A stretch of DNA of 64,000 bases from Naegleria gruberi (lineage: Eukaryota), in NCBI GenBank assembly GCA_000004985.1, contig GG738866.1. One strand, written 5' to 3'. The position numbers and the translations under genes are program-made. How positions within the stretch are numbered: position 1 is the first letter of the stretch; each line of letters opens with the position of its first letter. Positions 21,012 to 33,337 of this stretch are shown here, in pieces. The notes beneath the pieces are model-generated. The model saw only the letters and a program-made list of their open reading frames with translations, had not been told where the DNA came from and made no database searches.

Positions 21012-22020
21012 TTAAAACATAGAATCTTGTTTTTGTGTGCGTCTGACTAAAATATTTGGATTGTGCTGAAAGAGTGAGGTTTCAAAATTTGTTTTTCTAT
21101 TTTGGTGGTTTTCAATATTTTCTGATTGGTCTTTCCTGTTTTGGTTCTCAATATCAAACTCACAACACAAGAAACACATGAAACAAATCGCAATAATGTT
21201 GATTGATATTACAATACCATTGATAATACTACAAGCTATAATAGCTCCATTTGGCTTTTTGTTTTTATCAACTGTTCCAAACACAGCTAACAATCCAAAA
21301 TCTACAAAAACTGCCAAGAATGAAAGAAGCACAATCCAATAATTATAAAAAAAACCCATTCTTTGTTTGTCCTTAGTTAAAAACTTGATAAAATCAGAAA
21401 CCCAATGAAGGATGAAAGTACCAACAATTGTCCATCCAAATATTGAACTAATTGATTCATTATACTGTATAAAATTATATGATAACTTGATGAGCCATCT
21501 ATTTGTAAACTCCATAAGAACCTAGTCAACCATATTCCAATTACAACAATATGAAGGTGAGGATTATTTTCTTTAAAGCCATCAAATTTCTTCTTATATT
21601 CCTCAAAGTGGTTTGAAATAACGTTTCGACAAACTTTTCGTCCTTTCTTTTGCAAAAGTGGAAAAAGAGCATGAAACACACTAATAGAACCAAAACATCA
21701 AAAATGACTGTTTCAAAATTGTAAATTGAAGAACCAAACCAAATAGCAGAATTGATAATTAGCATTACCAAGCAGCCATATCCAATCTTATGTGGGTGAT
21801 CATAATCAATACCTAGAAAGATAGTGAAAATAAAGAAAACAGTGAACAATAAACTAAAGATGGCACCCATACTGTCAGTAGAATCAATATTTTGCTGATC
21901 ACCACTTGCAATAATATTAAACAGATCCAAAATGGTTCTATTCTTCGGCTTGATATTTACAAGAACAACTGTAACACAATTAAGTGCTAGCATAATACTA
22001 GAGAAGGACGCTTTGCCCAT
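21012..22020 (-). CDS. multi-pass membrane protein, unknown function; 3 overlapping ORF segments (short introns, junctions unresolved)
   Basis: ORFs 22101..21541, 21679..21377 and 21515..21012 are each rich in hydrophobic helices. Likely start is MGKASFSSIMLALN (ATG at 22018-22020). Confidence 0.35.
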
Positions 22021-22605
22021 TTTTTTGTTATGGTTTACACGTGTTGTGTAGATGTAACGAAAATTTTCAGTGTTGATGCATGTGAATGATCCTCCACACA
22101 TGTTGTTGATGATTGTTATGGTGTAACAACGCCGCGGCTGCTATAAGAAATTACATTGCGTTAATGAAGAGTCGTTTTTTTACCATTTTTTTTCTTCATG
22201 AATTTTACAATTATTTTCACAATCGTATGAAAGAAGAGCGACAATTTTTATATGAATTGAAATTAAGGAATTACACCTGTTTTTAAGGGTACATACATTT
22301 GGAGAATCAACTTTAAGGTTTAATTTCGGAGGATCAAATACGATTGATTATTGATTCATTTGTTGAAGGAATGGCAGAACCAAAGAAGTGGTTCAGCAGC
22401 CATGAAAATTAAGGTTGTGGTTCCACCAGAGGGAAATCACTCTACATGAATTGGTACCTCGATCCTTGTGAGTCTTTCCACTTTTCAGTATATGTGGATA
22501 ACGAATGATACGTAAAGGCTGGTCCTTGCATTGCGTACAGAAAAGGTTTCTAACACCAACTTGGTTAATATCAACGAATTACAAAGTTTCTGACATGGTT
22601 TGAAA

Positions 22606-23817
22606 TCACTGGAATAGTTTTTTAAATACATCTATTAATTTTGAAAGCATATGAAGTGAATAATCGAGTAGATCATCGTGCACCTGCTCAATCTTTCTGT
22701 AATTGAAATTTTTTAGATGGGAGAATGAATGTTGAGAAATTGAGCAATGAAATCTACGAATATCATCTGCAGAGCTCAATTCAAATTGTAATTCTCTCAA
22801 ATTCTTGAAAACTTGCTTGCCTATCAGAATTTTAACATGATTCAATCTTAGTAGAACATTTCCAAACCTTAATACTTTTAACTGCTCTAAATTGTCCAAT
22901 TGATTGAGGAAAAGTTCAATAGATGTATAATTATTAGATACATTATATAAATTTTCAAGAGTAATTTCCTTCAATTTGGAAAATTTTGAATTACAAATAG
23001 TTTCCAATATTTGTAAATTAATATGATATGATAACTTCAATATTTCAATATTAGAACACAATTCAGACATTAGAGTATTTACAATTGATAAATCGCTATA
23101 AATATTGGCCAGTGATAATTTTTTAAGGTTTCCAAAATTGGAAAATGTATCTGAATTATTCCATTCATGAATAATACATGAATTCAAAGATAAACTTTCA
23201 ATATTTTTGAAACATTCTTTCTCTGATAATGATGATGAACTAAGCATAAAACTTCCAAGTTCCAGACGTTTTAAACTTGCTAAATAAGGACTATCAAACA
23301 TTTCAATATCGAAATAATGCTCTCCATAAACTTCATCTGAAATTATCAAAGTTTCAAGATTTTTCATTCGACTTCCAACAATCAATTCAATTCCGCACAT
23401 TGGATTTCTCCAATATTGATCATATGGATCGTGTGTTCTTAATTCCAAATAGTTCAATTCGAAAGTTTCAACAATCATTTTCAACAGTTTCGTATGAGTT
23501 GAATATCCAATGATTGTAACTCCTCTCACATTTCTACAATTCTCTCCTTTCAATTTTTCAATCCACTTATCGACAATTCTTTCGTCAACATCTTGTACTT
23601 CGCTATCGAACCAAACATACGAATCTTCCACATTAATCGTTAAAAACAGTGGAATTTTCAAAGAATGTGAGTACCAATTCTTATTCACACGATTACAATT
23701 TTTCAAAATTTGCTCTCCGCTCATGTAATTTAATATTAAATTTAATATTAAATCATCAAAAATTGCATCACCGGATTCAGGTGAACATTTCATGATGTAT
23801 GTTTTCATTTTTTCCAT
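22606..23817 (-). CDS. F-box-like / leucine-rich-repeat protein
   Basis: N-terminal FDDLILNLILNYMSGEQILKNCNRVNKNWY is F-box-like. The C-terminal half has LRRs (LKRLELGSF, IESLSLNSC, LKKLSLANI, IEILKLSYHINL, LKEITLENL). Confidence 0.6.
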   Translation of the reverse strand: MEKMKTYIMKCSPESGDAIFDDLILNLILNYMSGEQILKNCNRVNKNWYSHSLKIPLFLTINVEDSYVWFDSEVQDVDERIVDKWIEKLKGENCRNVRGVTIIGYSTHTKLLKMIVETFELNYLELRTHDPYDQYWRNPMCGIELIVGSRMKNLETLIISDEVYGEHYFDIEMFDSPYLASLKRLELGSFMLSSSSLSEKECFKNIESLSLNSCIIHEWNNSDTFSNFGNLKKLSLANIYSDLSIVNTLMSELCSNIEILKLSYHINLQILETICNSKFSKLKEITLENLYNVSNNYTSIELFLNQLDNLEQLKVLRFGNVLLRLNHVKILIGKQVFKNLRELQFELSSADDIRRFHCSISQHSFSHLKNFNYRKIEQVHDDLLDYSLHMLSKLIDVFKKLFQ

Positions 23818-23881
23818 TTAAAAATTCGAAATGAAACTAAATAAATTAATATTAAATTTTATTATAAGAAACCATATTTTC

Positions 23882-25039
23882 TTAATCACTGAAACATACA
23901 CTAGCGTGATATTCATAGAATTGATAAAGAACTACTTCGAAGGGATTTTCCATATTGTTGGGATTGACAATTAAGGAAATAATATAGCTATCAATGGCAT
24001 CACCTAAAAGTTGTGAATTGAAGGATCGTTCAACTTTCATAAATGTTGTGTAACTTGTAATGTTTGGATCTTCATTCCATTTCGCCTTTGTATTTTCATT
24101 AAATTCGTCCAAAATTTCCAAAGTGTTCAAGTTATAAGGACAACATTCAGCAATGTTATCGTAAAATGTAATTCGATGAAGATCATGCACATAGTAATTG
24201 ATTCGAAATAGAAAGTTCAACATCATTTGAAGAAGGTATTGATTGTGTAAAATTCCACATTCATGACATGTCAAAACTAGTTCTCTAATCCAATGAATGA
24301 AATTTTTAGCACCTTTCATTTGGTTTCCATTGGAAGGGGCAACTTCAAATTGATTATACGAAAGGCAAATTACATTTCTCACTAAATTGTGTTCGTATGA
24401 AGTGTCATCATTGGGGATGCCAACGAGCTCTGTACAATTCTCATTATGGTAGAAACCCTCTTCCAACTTTTGAATGAGAATATATTCAGAACGATTCTTT
24501 TTGTTTCTTCCTGTAAACAGTTGGTCAGCTGAGGAAAATTTTAATCCCAAATGATTACTATATCCTTCGTCATCACATTCCTGATGCCAAACCATTGAAT
24601 AATCTGCAAAATAATTTAAATTACCTATCTCTACATCCTTAGAATTATTCCTCTTGGTCACATTAATGCAATCACAAAGTATCCACTTGCTCATTTGAAA
24701 AATCTTATCATTTTCTATATTGAATGAAGGTTTACATTTGTAAAACTTGAATTCATAACGAGGAATCATCATTCCTTCATTAATAGCTGCAACACATTTA
24801 GAAAGAAACACAATAAATGGCATTGCACGTTGGTAATCAATCAAATGATGATCAATCTTCAAGTTTTCTGAGTGAGAATTATTCAAACTCTTGTTTAAAT
24901 GTTGAAAGTACAAATAAAAGTGTTTTGTAATTAAATCTCTCCATTCTGTGCACACGAATTTGCAATTTAAAATTTGTTTCCATGATAAATAGCCATCAAA
25001 TAGAATGGTCAGCAGAATGTCCTGATTGTTGGCTATCAT
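23882..25039 (-). CDS. F-box-like domain protein with unknown C-terminal domain
   Basis: DILLTILFDGYLSWKQILNCKFVCTEWRDLI at the N-terminus. The remaining ~330 aa is Cys/His/aromatic-rich with no match I can name. Confidence 0.45.
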   Translation of the reverse strand: MIANNQDILLTILFDGYLSWKQILNCKFVCTEWRDLITKHFYLYFQHLNKSLNNSHSENLKIDHHLIDYQRAMPFIVFLSKCVAAINEGMMIPRYEFKFYKCKPSFNIENDKIFQMSKWILCDCINVTKRNNSKDVEIGNLNYFADYSMVWHQECDDEGYSNHLGLKFSSADQLFTGRNKKNRSEYILIQKLEEGFYHNENCTELVGIPNDDTSYEHNLVRNVICLSYNQFEVAPSNGNQMKGAKNFIHWIRELVLTCHECGILHNQYLLQMMLNFLFRINYYVHDLHRITFYDNIAECCPYNLNTLEILDEFNENTKAKWNEDPNITSYTTFMKVERSFNSQLLGDAIDSYIISLIVNPNNMENPFEVVLYQFYEYHASVCFSD

Positions 25040-25200
25040 AGTGAAGTTGCAACAATTAACAGTCTATACTGTGAAGATATTTTTTTCAGGAGTGTGTAAC
25101 CTCTAAAGATTGAGTCAATAGATATTTAATTAGCATCTTCAATACTGTTTTAAAAAAGGGGATACTACATACTTTTTAATTTCATTAAGGAAATGTGAAT

Positions 25201-25385
25201 GTAATGATGTGTTTCAGTATTATGTGATGCTAACACTTGTTTGGAAATTTTGGCAATTTTGATTTGTGTCTTGTTTTGTGCTGTTATTGGTTATTGGTGA
25301 GGGTTGACTTTTTGGAATTTTGGATTTTACAATCTCGTTCTGAATCATAAATTTCATGAGGGTCAAAGTTTCATAATGAATGTAA
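25201..25385 (+). repeat. conserved tRNA-Glu upstream module, copy 2
   Basis: AATGATGTGTTTCAGTATTATGTGATGCTAACACTTGTTTGGAAATTTTGGCAATTTTGATTTG...TTTTGTGCTGTTATTGGTTATTGGTGAGGGTTGACTTTTTGGAATTTTGG. About 80% identical to 19168..19330 with indels. Confidence 0.6.
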
Positions 25386-25457
25386 TCCCGTGTAGTCCAA
25401 TGGCTAGGATACCTGGCTTTCACCCAGGAGGTCCGGGTTCAATTCCCGGCATGGGAG
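25386..25457 (+). tRNA. tRNA-Glu (anticodon UUC)
   Basis: Identical 72-nt sequence to 19476..19547. Followed by AATTTTTG. Confidence 0.9.
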
Positions 25458-25899
25458 GATAATTTTTGTTGCAAAGTTATTTGTGATTGTTTATTGGGGT
25501 ATTATTGGGTACTTTTTTATGATTTCCTCTTCACTACAATTCTCAAATATGTTTGCTTGCAAGAAAATGTATTGCCTTAATTCCAATAATTTTCGAATTT
25601 TTGAAGAGAATTTACAATTTCTTCTTCATGAATGATATACGATTCGGTATTGGATAGCCTATCACGTTTTGGCACAATATTGTGCTGTTTCTGCTTCTAT
25701 AAAATTATTACGCACCAAAAGTTTTGAAATTTAGATTGTAAAGTCTAATTCTACATTTACTAAAAAAACTCCATATTAGCATCATACTACTATTAGTTAA
25801 TACCATCTCCAAAATAGGACCTCATCAAAAAATACTAATTCAAAACAATAACAATCATTCTTAAAATAAACTTTAAAAAATACATCAACTTCTCACATA

Positions 25900-27537
25900 A
25901 TGAAACCACCAAGTATTGGTATTTCAATCACCAATCTCTCCTTGAATTTTGATAAAAAGATCATATTTGAGGATTTGGATTTTTCACTCTCTGTTGGAGA
26001 TAAGGTTACAATTGTAGGTGATAATGGTAGTGGAAAGACAACTTTTTTACGATTGTTGAGTGGCACTGTCGATTATTCATATTCGGGCACTGTTGAAATT
26101 GAGGGAAGAATTGGATATTTGCCTCAACATTTTGAGGACATAATGAGTGATGAGCCGACCATTGTTACCATTCTACGATATTTGAATGATGCTAATATTA
26201 ATCAATTTCTTGAACAATCCAATTGTGAAAAGCTATCTTCGGAATGGTATCAAGAATTGAATTCTTTGGGAGGATACGAGATATTTAAACATGCACATTT
26301 GATTGGATTGACAAATAATTTATTGGAGGAACCTTTTAATCAGTTGAGTGGTGGAGAAAAGACGAAAACAATGTTGTGTGCATTGAGTATTATTGAGACT
26401 GATATTTTACTGTTGGATGAGCCGACTAATCATTTAGATAGAAAGGGAATTGAGTGGCTGGAAGACTTTTTGAAGGAATATGATGGATCTGTAATCATGG
26501 TTACTCACGATAGAAGTCTAATTAATGCAGTTTCTAATAGAATTTCCGAACTATCTCCACATACTAAAAAGTTTGCGCACTTTAGAGGAGGATATGATAA
26601 TTATCTGATGCAGGAAGAAAAGAAACGTTTAAGATCTATTCAAGAACGTGAGCATCAAGATAAGGAATTGAAAGCTCTTAAACAAAAGGCAACTCAACTC
26701 AAATCTAATATGAAAGAAAAGAAAATTAGAGAAAGTTGGGATAGAGACAAGATTAGTCACAACAATCAAGAACAAAGAGTTCAAAAGGGAACATCTAAAG
26801 CATTTAATCGTTTCACTAGGAAACAAGAAAGCATCACAGAAAACATGGTTGAAATTATTCCAGAAAGAGCCAAAATTTCATTTGAATTTGATGACAGCAA
26901 TATTACAACCAATCTTCATATTCTAGTTTCGAATCTTTCGAAATCGTTTGGAGATAAATTGCTGTTTCGTGACTTGTCCTTCACTTTGGTGAGTGGTGAT
27001 AGAATGATTGTTCAAGGACCGAATGGTTCTGGTAAGACTACTCTATTTCGAATTATTATGGACTTGATAAAACCTGATGAAGGCACAAAGCAGGTCAGTA
27101 ATTCTGCTAGGATTGGATATTTGGATCAAGAGCAAGAAAGTTTACCATTGGACAAAACTGCAGTGGAACTGCTTATGGAAGATCCATTAATCAATGCCTC
27201 AAAGAAACAGGCTATTAATAATTTGTGTAATTATGGTGTCTATACATGGCAAGATTTGAATAATACCTTACGTGACTTGAGTATTGGATGTCGTAGAAAG
27301 GTACAATTGTGTCAAATTGTCATGAGAAAATGCTCAATTCTTTTATTGGACGAACCAACAAACCACATTGATTTTCCAAGTTTGGAAGTAATAGAGGAAG
27401 CATTGATGAATTTCCCTGGTGTTATCATTGCAGCCACCCATGACAGATACTTTATTGAAAAGGTTGGAACAGAAATAATTAACTTGACAGATTATAATGG
27501 GTCTAAAAAAGAGGAAGAAGACAATGATATTGAATAA
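25900..27537 (+). CDS. ABC-F family ATPase (two nucleotide-binding domains, no TMD)
   Basis: NBD1 has Walker A GDNGSGKTT, signature LSGGEKTK and Walker B LLLDEPTNHLD. NBD2 has Walker A GPNGSGKTT, a degenerate signature LSIGCRRKV and Walker B LLLDEPTNHID. A charged linker lies between them. Confidence 0.85.
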   Translation: MKPPSIGISITNLSLNFDKKIIFEDLDFSLSVGDKVTIVGDNGSGKTTFLRLLSGTVDYSYSGTVEIEGRIGYLPQHFEDIMSDEPTIVTILRYLNDANINQFLEQSNCEKLSSEWYQELNSLGGYEIFKHAHLIGLTNNLLEEPFNQLSGGEKTKTMLCALSIIETDILLLDEPTNHLDRKGIEWLEDFLKEYDGSVIMVTHDRSLINAVSNRISELSPHTKKFAHFRGGYDNYLMQEEKKRLRSIQEREHQDKELKALKQKATQLKSNMKEKKIRESWDRDKISHNNQEQRVQKGTSKAFNRFTRKQESITENMVEIIPERAKISFEFDDSNITTNLHILVSNLSKSFGDKLLFRDLSFTLVSGDRMIVQGPNGSGKTTLFRIIMDLIKPDEGTKQVSNSARIGYLDQEQESLPLDKTAVELLMEDPLINASKKQAINNLCNYGVYTWQDLNNTLRDLSIGCRRKVQLCQIVMRKCSILLLDEPTNHIDFPSLEVIEEALMNFPGVIIAATHDRYFIEKVGTEIINLTDYNGSKKEEEDNDIE

Positions 27538-28403
27538 ATATCACAAAAACCTTAATGCTACATATTGAAGATTTTGGTCTCATAATGCTATTAAGATACC
27601 ATCTATATCACATATTCGATCAGAATTACAGGAATTGCTTGATTTATTGAGTTTTAACGGATTTAAACTTGTGGAAACATTGGTTTATAATACTAGTAAT
27701 ATTGACAAACGTTTGTTGTAAACCTCAAATTGATAATTTCCTAATTACTCAATCTCTTAATAAAAATGTTGTTGGCGCCAAAAAAATCAAACACTTCCAA
27801 GTACTCTTTCTCAATAAAGATGATAAGAGCAAACAGAATTTAAACAAGTAAATTATTCCACAAATATTCATCATCGTGGCATTGTTAAATTCCCCGAAGA
27901 TCATCATCTACTACACATGTGAAGAATAAACAAGAATCCTTTGAAAATTCCAACTTTTCCAAAACTTGTCATTTTGCTGCTATTTTCCAATAATCATCAC
28001 AAGCTTCACAACAAAAAATTGGCTCAACATTCACCACGCCATTTTCAGAGAGAATTTTTGAAAGCCTTTTTGCTTTGAGTAGTAGTAGCAGCTCGGACAC
28101 GTGTACTATTCATAACAATTATAATATATTCTAGATTTTTGGACAATAAGCTGGAAATCAAGTAATATACAAGAGTTTCGGAAAGCCTTTTTTTCTTTGG
28201 ACACAAGAGAATCCATCAACATTGTGTTTTTTATTAGAAAAACAAACAATAATCACTATTTGGAGAACACAACACTGTAATTCAACCAACCGTTAGAAAA
28301 GGTCTATTTTTAATATTCTCTTCAATCAATCTCCATATGCAATCATTTTAGTGCAACCTCATCAACAACATCAACATAAAAGAATTAGAACAACATCATC
28401 AGA

Positions 28404-30603
28404 ATGAAAGTATGCCAAGCAGAAGATGGAACTCTGCTGTTGGATACAAAACAATTCTTACCAACTACACCAACAACAACAATAACTGATAATGTCGGAG
28501 ACAATGTACCAAACATTTATACAATCTTTCAACTCAAACAAGTTTTGGAAAAATCAACGAACATTTCTATTGAGAATCAAATATTATTGGATTCAAAAGG
28601 AGCAAAAGTAGACAATGAACAAACTATTGCAGACTTTGATGATGATGAGAATTTGTATCTTTTTGATAGAATGTCCTTTTCATCAAAATCAAAGGCTCAA
28701 GTGTTATTAAAAATTATTTCCGATGAATTTGGACAGTTAGAGTTACGAGAAATCAATCCTACAAATATTATTCTACCAGAGGAAATTCAGAAAAAGATTA
28801 AGAACAATGAACTATTCAAATATGTTCAACAATTTTACATTCAATTATTACAGGCTGAGGTAGGTTGTGATTGATGATTTTAATTATTTATTCTTGTTCT
28901 ATAGAACATTGCCAAGACTACTCAGAATAGGATGAATTATTGTGTTGTGAAATTGGACCAAATGAAAATTCAGAACGAGTCGATAAGTGTTGCCCTCCTC
29001 AATCTTGAAGGACATACGAAAGGTAGTTCAGCCTCATTAAAAAGATTTAAGGAAAGGTAAGAGTTTCATTATTACTTTATGCTTATTATTTAATATTAGA
29101 TTCGATAAGATTGATACCAAATATATGGATATTATACTAACTCTCGATTCAGATATGGAAAAGGTAAGTTTAAAGTGAATTATCAGTTAATAACGATCAA
29201 TCAAACAGTTAAGTTCAATCGAACTGCATCCAACCATTCAAACATCATCAAGGCGTACACTTCAAGATTGCATTCCAATACAGCAAATCAAATTGTGGGC
29301 CACCAGATGTTCACAAGATTTGTCTACCTTTAAAGAAAAGGTAATTCAGACCATTGCTTTATCCCAACAAATTGATAGGGATGTTGACACTCAACTGTTA
29401 CTCATTGTCCCACCAGTCAAGTAAGTATAATTTGTCAATCAATTTCAATTTACAATTTTAAATAGTTTTTCAATGTTATCCAAACTTTGTACTGAATCGG
29501 AAAACATTGTAAATAATCAAAAAGAACTTGTAAATAATATTAACCGTAACTTCCAATCCCTTCTACAAATGGCATCCAAATCCGAGAGTCATAAGGATGT
29601 AACAGTTATTGTCCAACTCATTGAAACACATCAACATGATCTTATTCAATTGAGAGATTTTGAAAATGGCATGAAAGTGACGTGTGAGAAGATTGCCCAG
29701 TCCAAAGTCATGCTAACTAAATACTTACTCGAAAAGTTAAAGGTTATTTCTACCATTCAGTATAGTATTCTCAAATTGAATAAGAAAGTACAAACCTTTG
29801 TAAGCGTATTGAAGAATATCATGTCCAAATTCCACCACGTCTCAATTCCAAAATACCTTCCTGGAGCCTATTTTATGGCACTTTTGGAAATTATTAGACG
29901 AAGGGCCTACATTAGAAAATTCGATGCTGAAGTTATCAGAGCATCAGAAATCATTCAAGAACTCAGGGATGAAGAGACAAGAAATAGAAAGAACTTTTTC
30001 AAAGCATTTGGAAAATTCTTGCCACCTCAACTCATTGACAAGATTAATGAATTGCCTGGAAGTGGAGATGAAATTTTGAACCTCATTGGCTCTTATTCAC
30101 AAACTGAAATGAACAAACTTCCAAACATTTCCAGTCTCGATGGAATGGAAAATATTGTAAAAATGGAAGAAATTGAAAAGACTTTTAACGATGCAGTCTA
30201 CTTTGGAGATTCTGGATCGAGCAAGTTGGAATTTAAATTATACTCCAAGTTGTTGGATGAAAATAATCTATTCCACCAAATGAACGAGAAGAATATGATT
30301 TCCTCCTCAATCAATTTTGATTTCGATAGAGTTAGTATTGCAGATAGTGATACAGAGATTCATGGATCCTCTGCTAGTAGTTCACCAAGATCCTACACAA
30401 AAGCAAAAACAGCCAATATTGAGGAATACGAAAGGAGAATGGAGGATTTAGATATCATGGAGAATCAATTGAAATCCATATCAGTCAGAGCAACCCCTAG
30501 TACACCTTCTGATATTGACCAATTGAGAGAAGAAAATTTTATGCTCAAACAACAAGTATTGCAATTGCAGAGAGAACTCGAACAATTAAAGCAAAATAAA
30601 TAA
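28404..30603 (+). CDS. FIP200/Atg11/Atg17-like coiled-coil scaffold with N-terminal ubiquitin-like fold; 5 exons (28404..28859, 28905..29056, 29100..29163, 29209..29420, 29466..30603)
   Basis: N-terminal MKVCQAEDGTLLLD...IFQLKQVLEKSTNISIENQILLDSKGAKVD...NLYLFDR resembles the FIP200/RB1CC1 UBL. Introns are 28860..28904 (45 nt), 29057..29099 (43 nt), 29164..29208 (45 nt) and 29421..29465 (45 nt), with GTAGGT/GTAAGA/GTAAGT donors, and all keep the frame. The C-terminal part is coiled-coil-rich. Confidence 0.45.
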
Positions 30604-30888
30604 TATTGTTGTTTGAAATCATCACCAAAATTGATTGAATTTTCCGTAAAAATCCAAATACCTCATCTCCTTCCTCAATAATTATTATTGCTGTATAAAA
30701 TTAAAGGTTGTTATTGTTTGTGTAGGTTTTATGATGAACTATTACTATCACAGAGAATATATCTACTATTAATTCCATCAATTGACTATCCAGTACTCCA
30801 ATTTTCCATCATCCACTTTAAATAATTTTGTTTTATTAAATCCGCGAACGTGAGTAGTAGAAAAACTTAGATGATGTGTTGATGATGA

Positions 30889-31137
30889 TTATTGGTTACG
30901 AGCTGAGAATTTACCAAATTCATTACCGAAGGCAGTGTATGAGTGTTTCTTAAAGTAATCATTACTACGATTGACGCAAACCATGAATTTAGTATACAAT
31001 CCGAGACATTTTTCTGGTGTTCTAGCATGTAAACAAGCAAACAGAGCTTCATATTCGTTATCGCATTGGTCAGCGTCCAAACGCTCTACAATACTCTTGA
31101 TGATTTTGTCGTTGACGACCTTGTTGCCTATTCTCAT
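30889..31137 (-). CDS. twin Cx9C (CHCH-domain) small protein, probable mitochondrial intermembrane-space protein
   Basis: CDNEYEALFAC and CLGLYTKFMVC are two C-x9-C motifs about 10 residues apart. 82 aa. Confidence 0.55.
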   Translation of the reverse strand: MRIGNKVVNDKIIKSIVERLDADQCDNEYEALFACLHARTPEKCLGLYTKFMVCVNRSNDYFKKHSYTAFGNEFGKFSARNQ

Positions 31138-31400
31138 TTTTTCAACAGAAAAAAGTTTATTTAATTTTTATTTTTTTAAAAAATTTATTGTTATTTTGCT
31201 TGGACCTTCTTTTGGTGAGTTTCGAATGTTATGTAAAAGATAATTGCTGCCAATGTGAATGTAGTATTCAGAATGTTTAGAATCATGATTGAATAATTTT
31301 AAATTTTTTATTAAATGTATTTTAAAAATTTATAAATAATAGATAATTAAATCAATTAAGGACAAATGCTTTACAGATATAAAGCGATAGGTATAATGTC

Positions 31401-32992
31401 TTAATGATAAACATCTTCTTCGTCATCAAAGGCGTTCTTGTTCTTCTTTCTATTGAAAGATGGCAAGAATGACCAACAATAATTGTACGCTTTAAGAAGT
31501 GGGTCGTTACTTTCAGCAACCTTTTCAGTTGTAAGAGAATAAATAATAATACCCAAAATCAAAATAACAAGGGCAATAATATCAAATGGACTCAAAGCAG
31601 CAAGGTAAGCTTCACCAGCAAGGAACTTAATCAAGAAACCAAAGTTGGAGAGAGCCAAACGAGCAACTGAGGCAACTACAGCAAGTGTTGAACTACCTCT
31701 CTTGAAAACAATCAACAATAAAATATTGTAGGTCATGTTGAAACAAATGAAAATCATAAAGACAGCCCAGAAGTATTCACATTGATCAGACAAGACAGAA
31801 TTGAAACCAAAGAAACACTTGATACCACTCCAGATATATTCATACAAATTGGCTGGATTAACATAGGATGTACCACCTGAACCATCTGGAAGAGGAATGA
31901 AAACTGTAAAGGCAGACATGAGACCAAAAATGAATTGATAAAGAGCTACCCAAGAGTTCAAATAAAAGACATCCAAATTAGCTTCCTTCAAATACTTTTC
32001 CTTATAAACTAATGGATTCATAAATTTTAGAAATTTGTGTGAAATAGTTCACTTACCATTGGAAGCAGCAGCTGGAATGTTAGCAACGAACAAGAGTAAA
32101 ATCCACAACCAAGCATTTGGATCATCACCTCCAGCACTATTGGCAAACATTGGGAAAATATCAATAATAATACCAATCATGACAAGCAAAACACCTCCGA
32201 TGTGATAAACATTGTAACGGAAATGTAAAAAGAAGAAACTGGCAACCATGTTAATAAAAACGACACTTTGACTCATCAAAACGTTGACAGGTCCACTCAC
32301 AAGTGCTGATGGAATTGTAGAAATCAATGTGTTCAAACTGTCCATAATACCCATAACAATAAACTTATAGGATGGGAATGTACGCATTTCCTTGCTGATA
32401 GTTCCTCTGTACATTTTGAACCACTAAAGATGTGTTAAATAAACACAATCATCATTTGTTACTTCTTCTATTACTATAGGGAGTGAAAAAACTTACAGTC
32501 ACTGGCCAAGATACGAAACAAAATCCCAAACTCAGGAAAACATCGGCCAACATGTATCTAATAAAGAATATCAATTCAATTCATCAACATCAACATCATA
32601 TTATTCACAAGAGAATTATTTCACGCCAACAAAAAGAATCATTCGATCGGAATACATTATTTTCACAAGTCATCATCATCACTATGGTCATCATCATTAT
32701 AAAAACAAAACAACACCTACTCGTAATTTCTCATCTTTTTAGTCATTCTCACATAGAGTACAAAATCGACACTTCTTGCCAAAACCATGACTACAGTCGC
32801 AACGTACAACAAAATTGATTCTTTAAACTTTGATTGTTTGCTTTTATCATTGTCATCATGAGTTAACTCGGTCAAATTTGCTTCATCATTTTGAAATTGG
32901 GATGGGTCATACGGAGAAGCCTCTGTACTATAGTATGATTGAATGGCGTGATTGTTGCCACCACCACTCGATGTTAATCGTTGTGTACTCAT
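31401..32992 (-). CDS. CRT-like (chloroquine-resistance-transporter family) membrane transporter, 4 exons (32992..32721, 32557..32497, 32423..32057, 32008..31401)
   Basis: Ten hydrophobic helices. ...FKRGSSTLAVVASVARLALSNFGF... is typical of CRT/CLT proteins. Introns are 32558..32720 (163 nt, GTAGGT), 32424..32496 (73 nt, GTAAGT..CTTTAG) and 32009..32056 (48 nt, GTAAGT..CATTAG). Splice phases are consistent. Confidence 0.65.
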
Positions 32993-33337
32993 TTTTTTTG
33001 TTGTTGTAAAGAGAAAGTTTTTGGCGGAGAGTTGTGGAGTTGAAAACTCCTGGAGAATCTTTGATGGTTGGAATTTTCATGAATTTTTGAATTGTCGTTT
33101 AAGAATTCGATTCATTAAGGAATTTAATGATGGTAAGAGAGAATTTAAACGAGCTAGCAACATTAATTTCAAAGTGAGTTGGTATTTTTAGTCCAAATAT
33201 TCTGTTCACATTCTTCTCTACAAAGTTCACTTGTTTTTATGAGTAGTCCAAAGTGTGAACAGCAGTTCTTCAAACGAAATCTTGACATAATTAGGCCTGT
33301 TTCGGTTATGCATGAAAATTAAAATTTCTTAAAAAAA

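Noticed and set aside
28040-28210. Direct repeat of GAAAGCCTTTTT(G/T)CTTTG(A/G) about 120 nt apart, upstream of the FIP200-like gene
   Set aside because: There are only two short copies in AT-rich promoter DNA. That is insufficient to call a mobile element or regulatory array.
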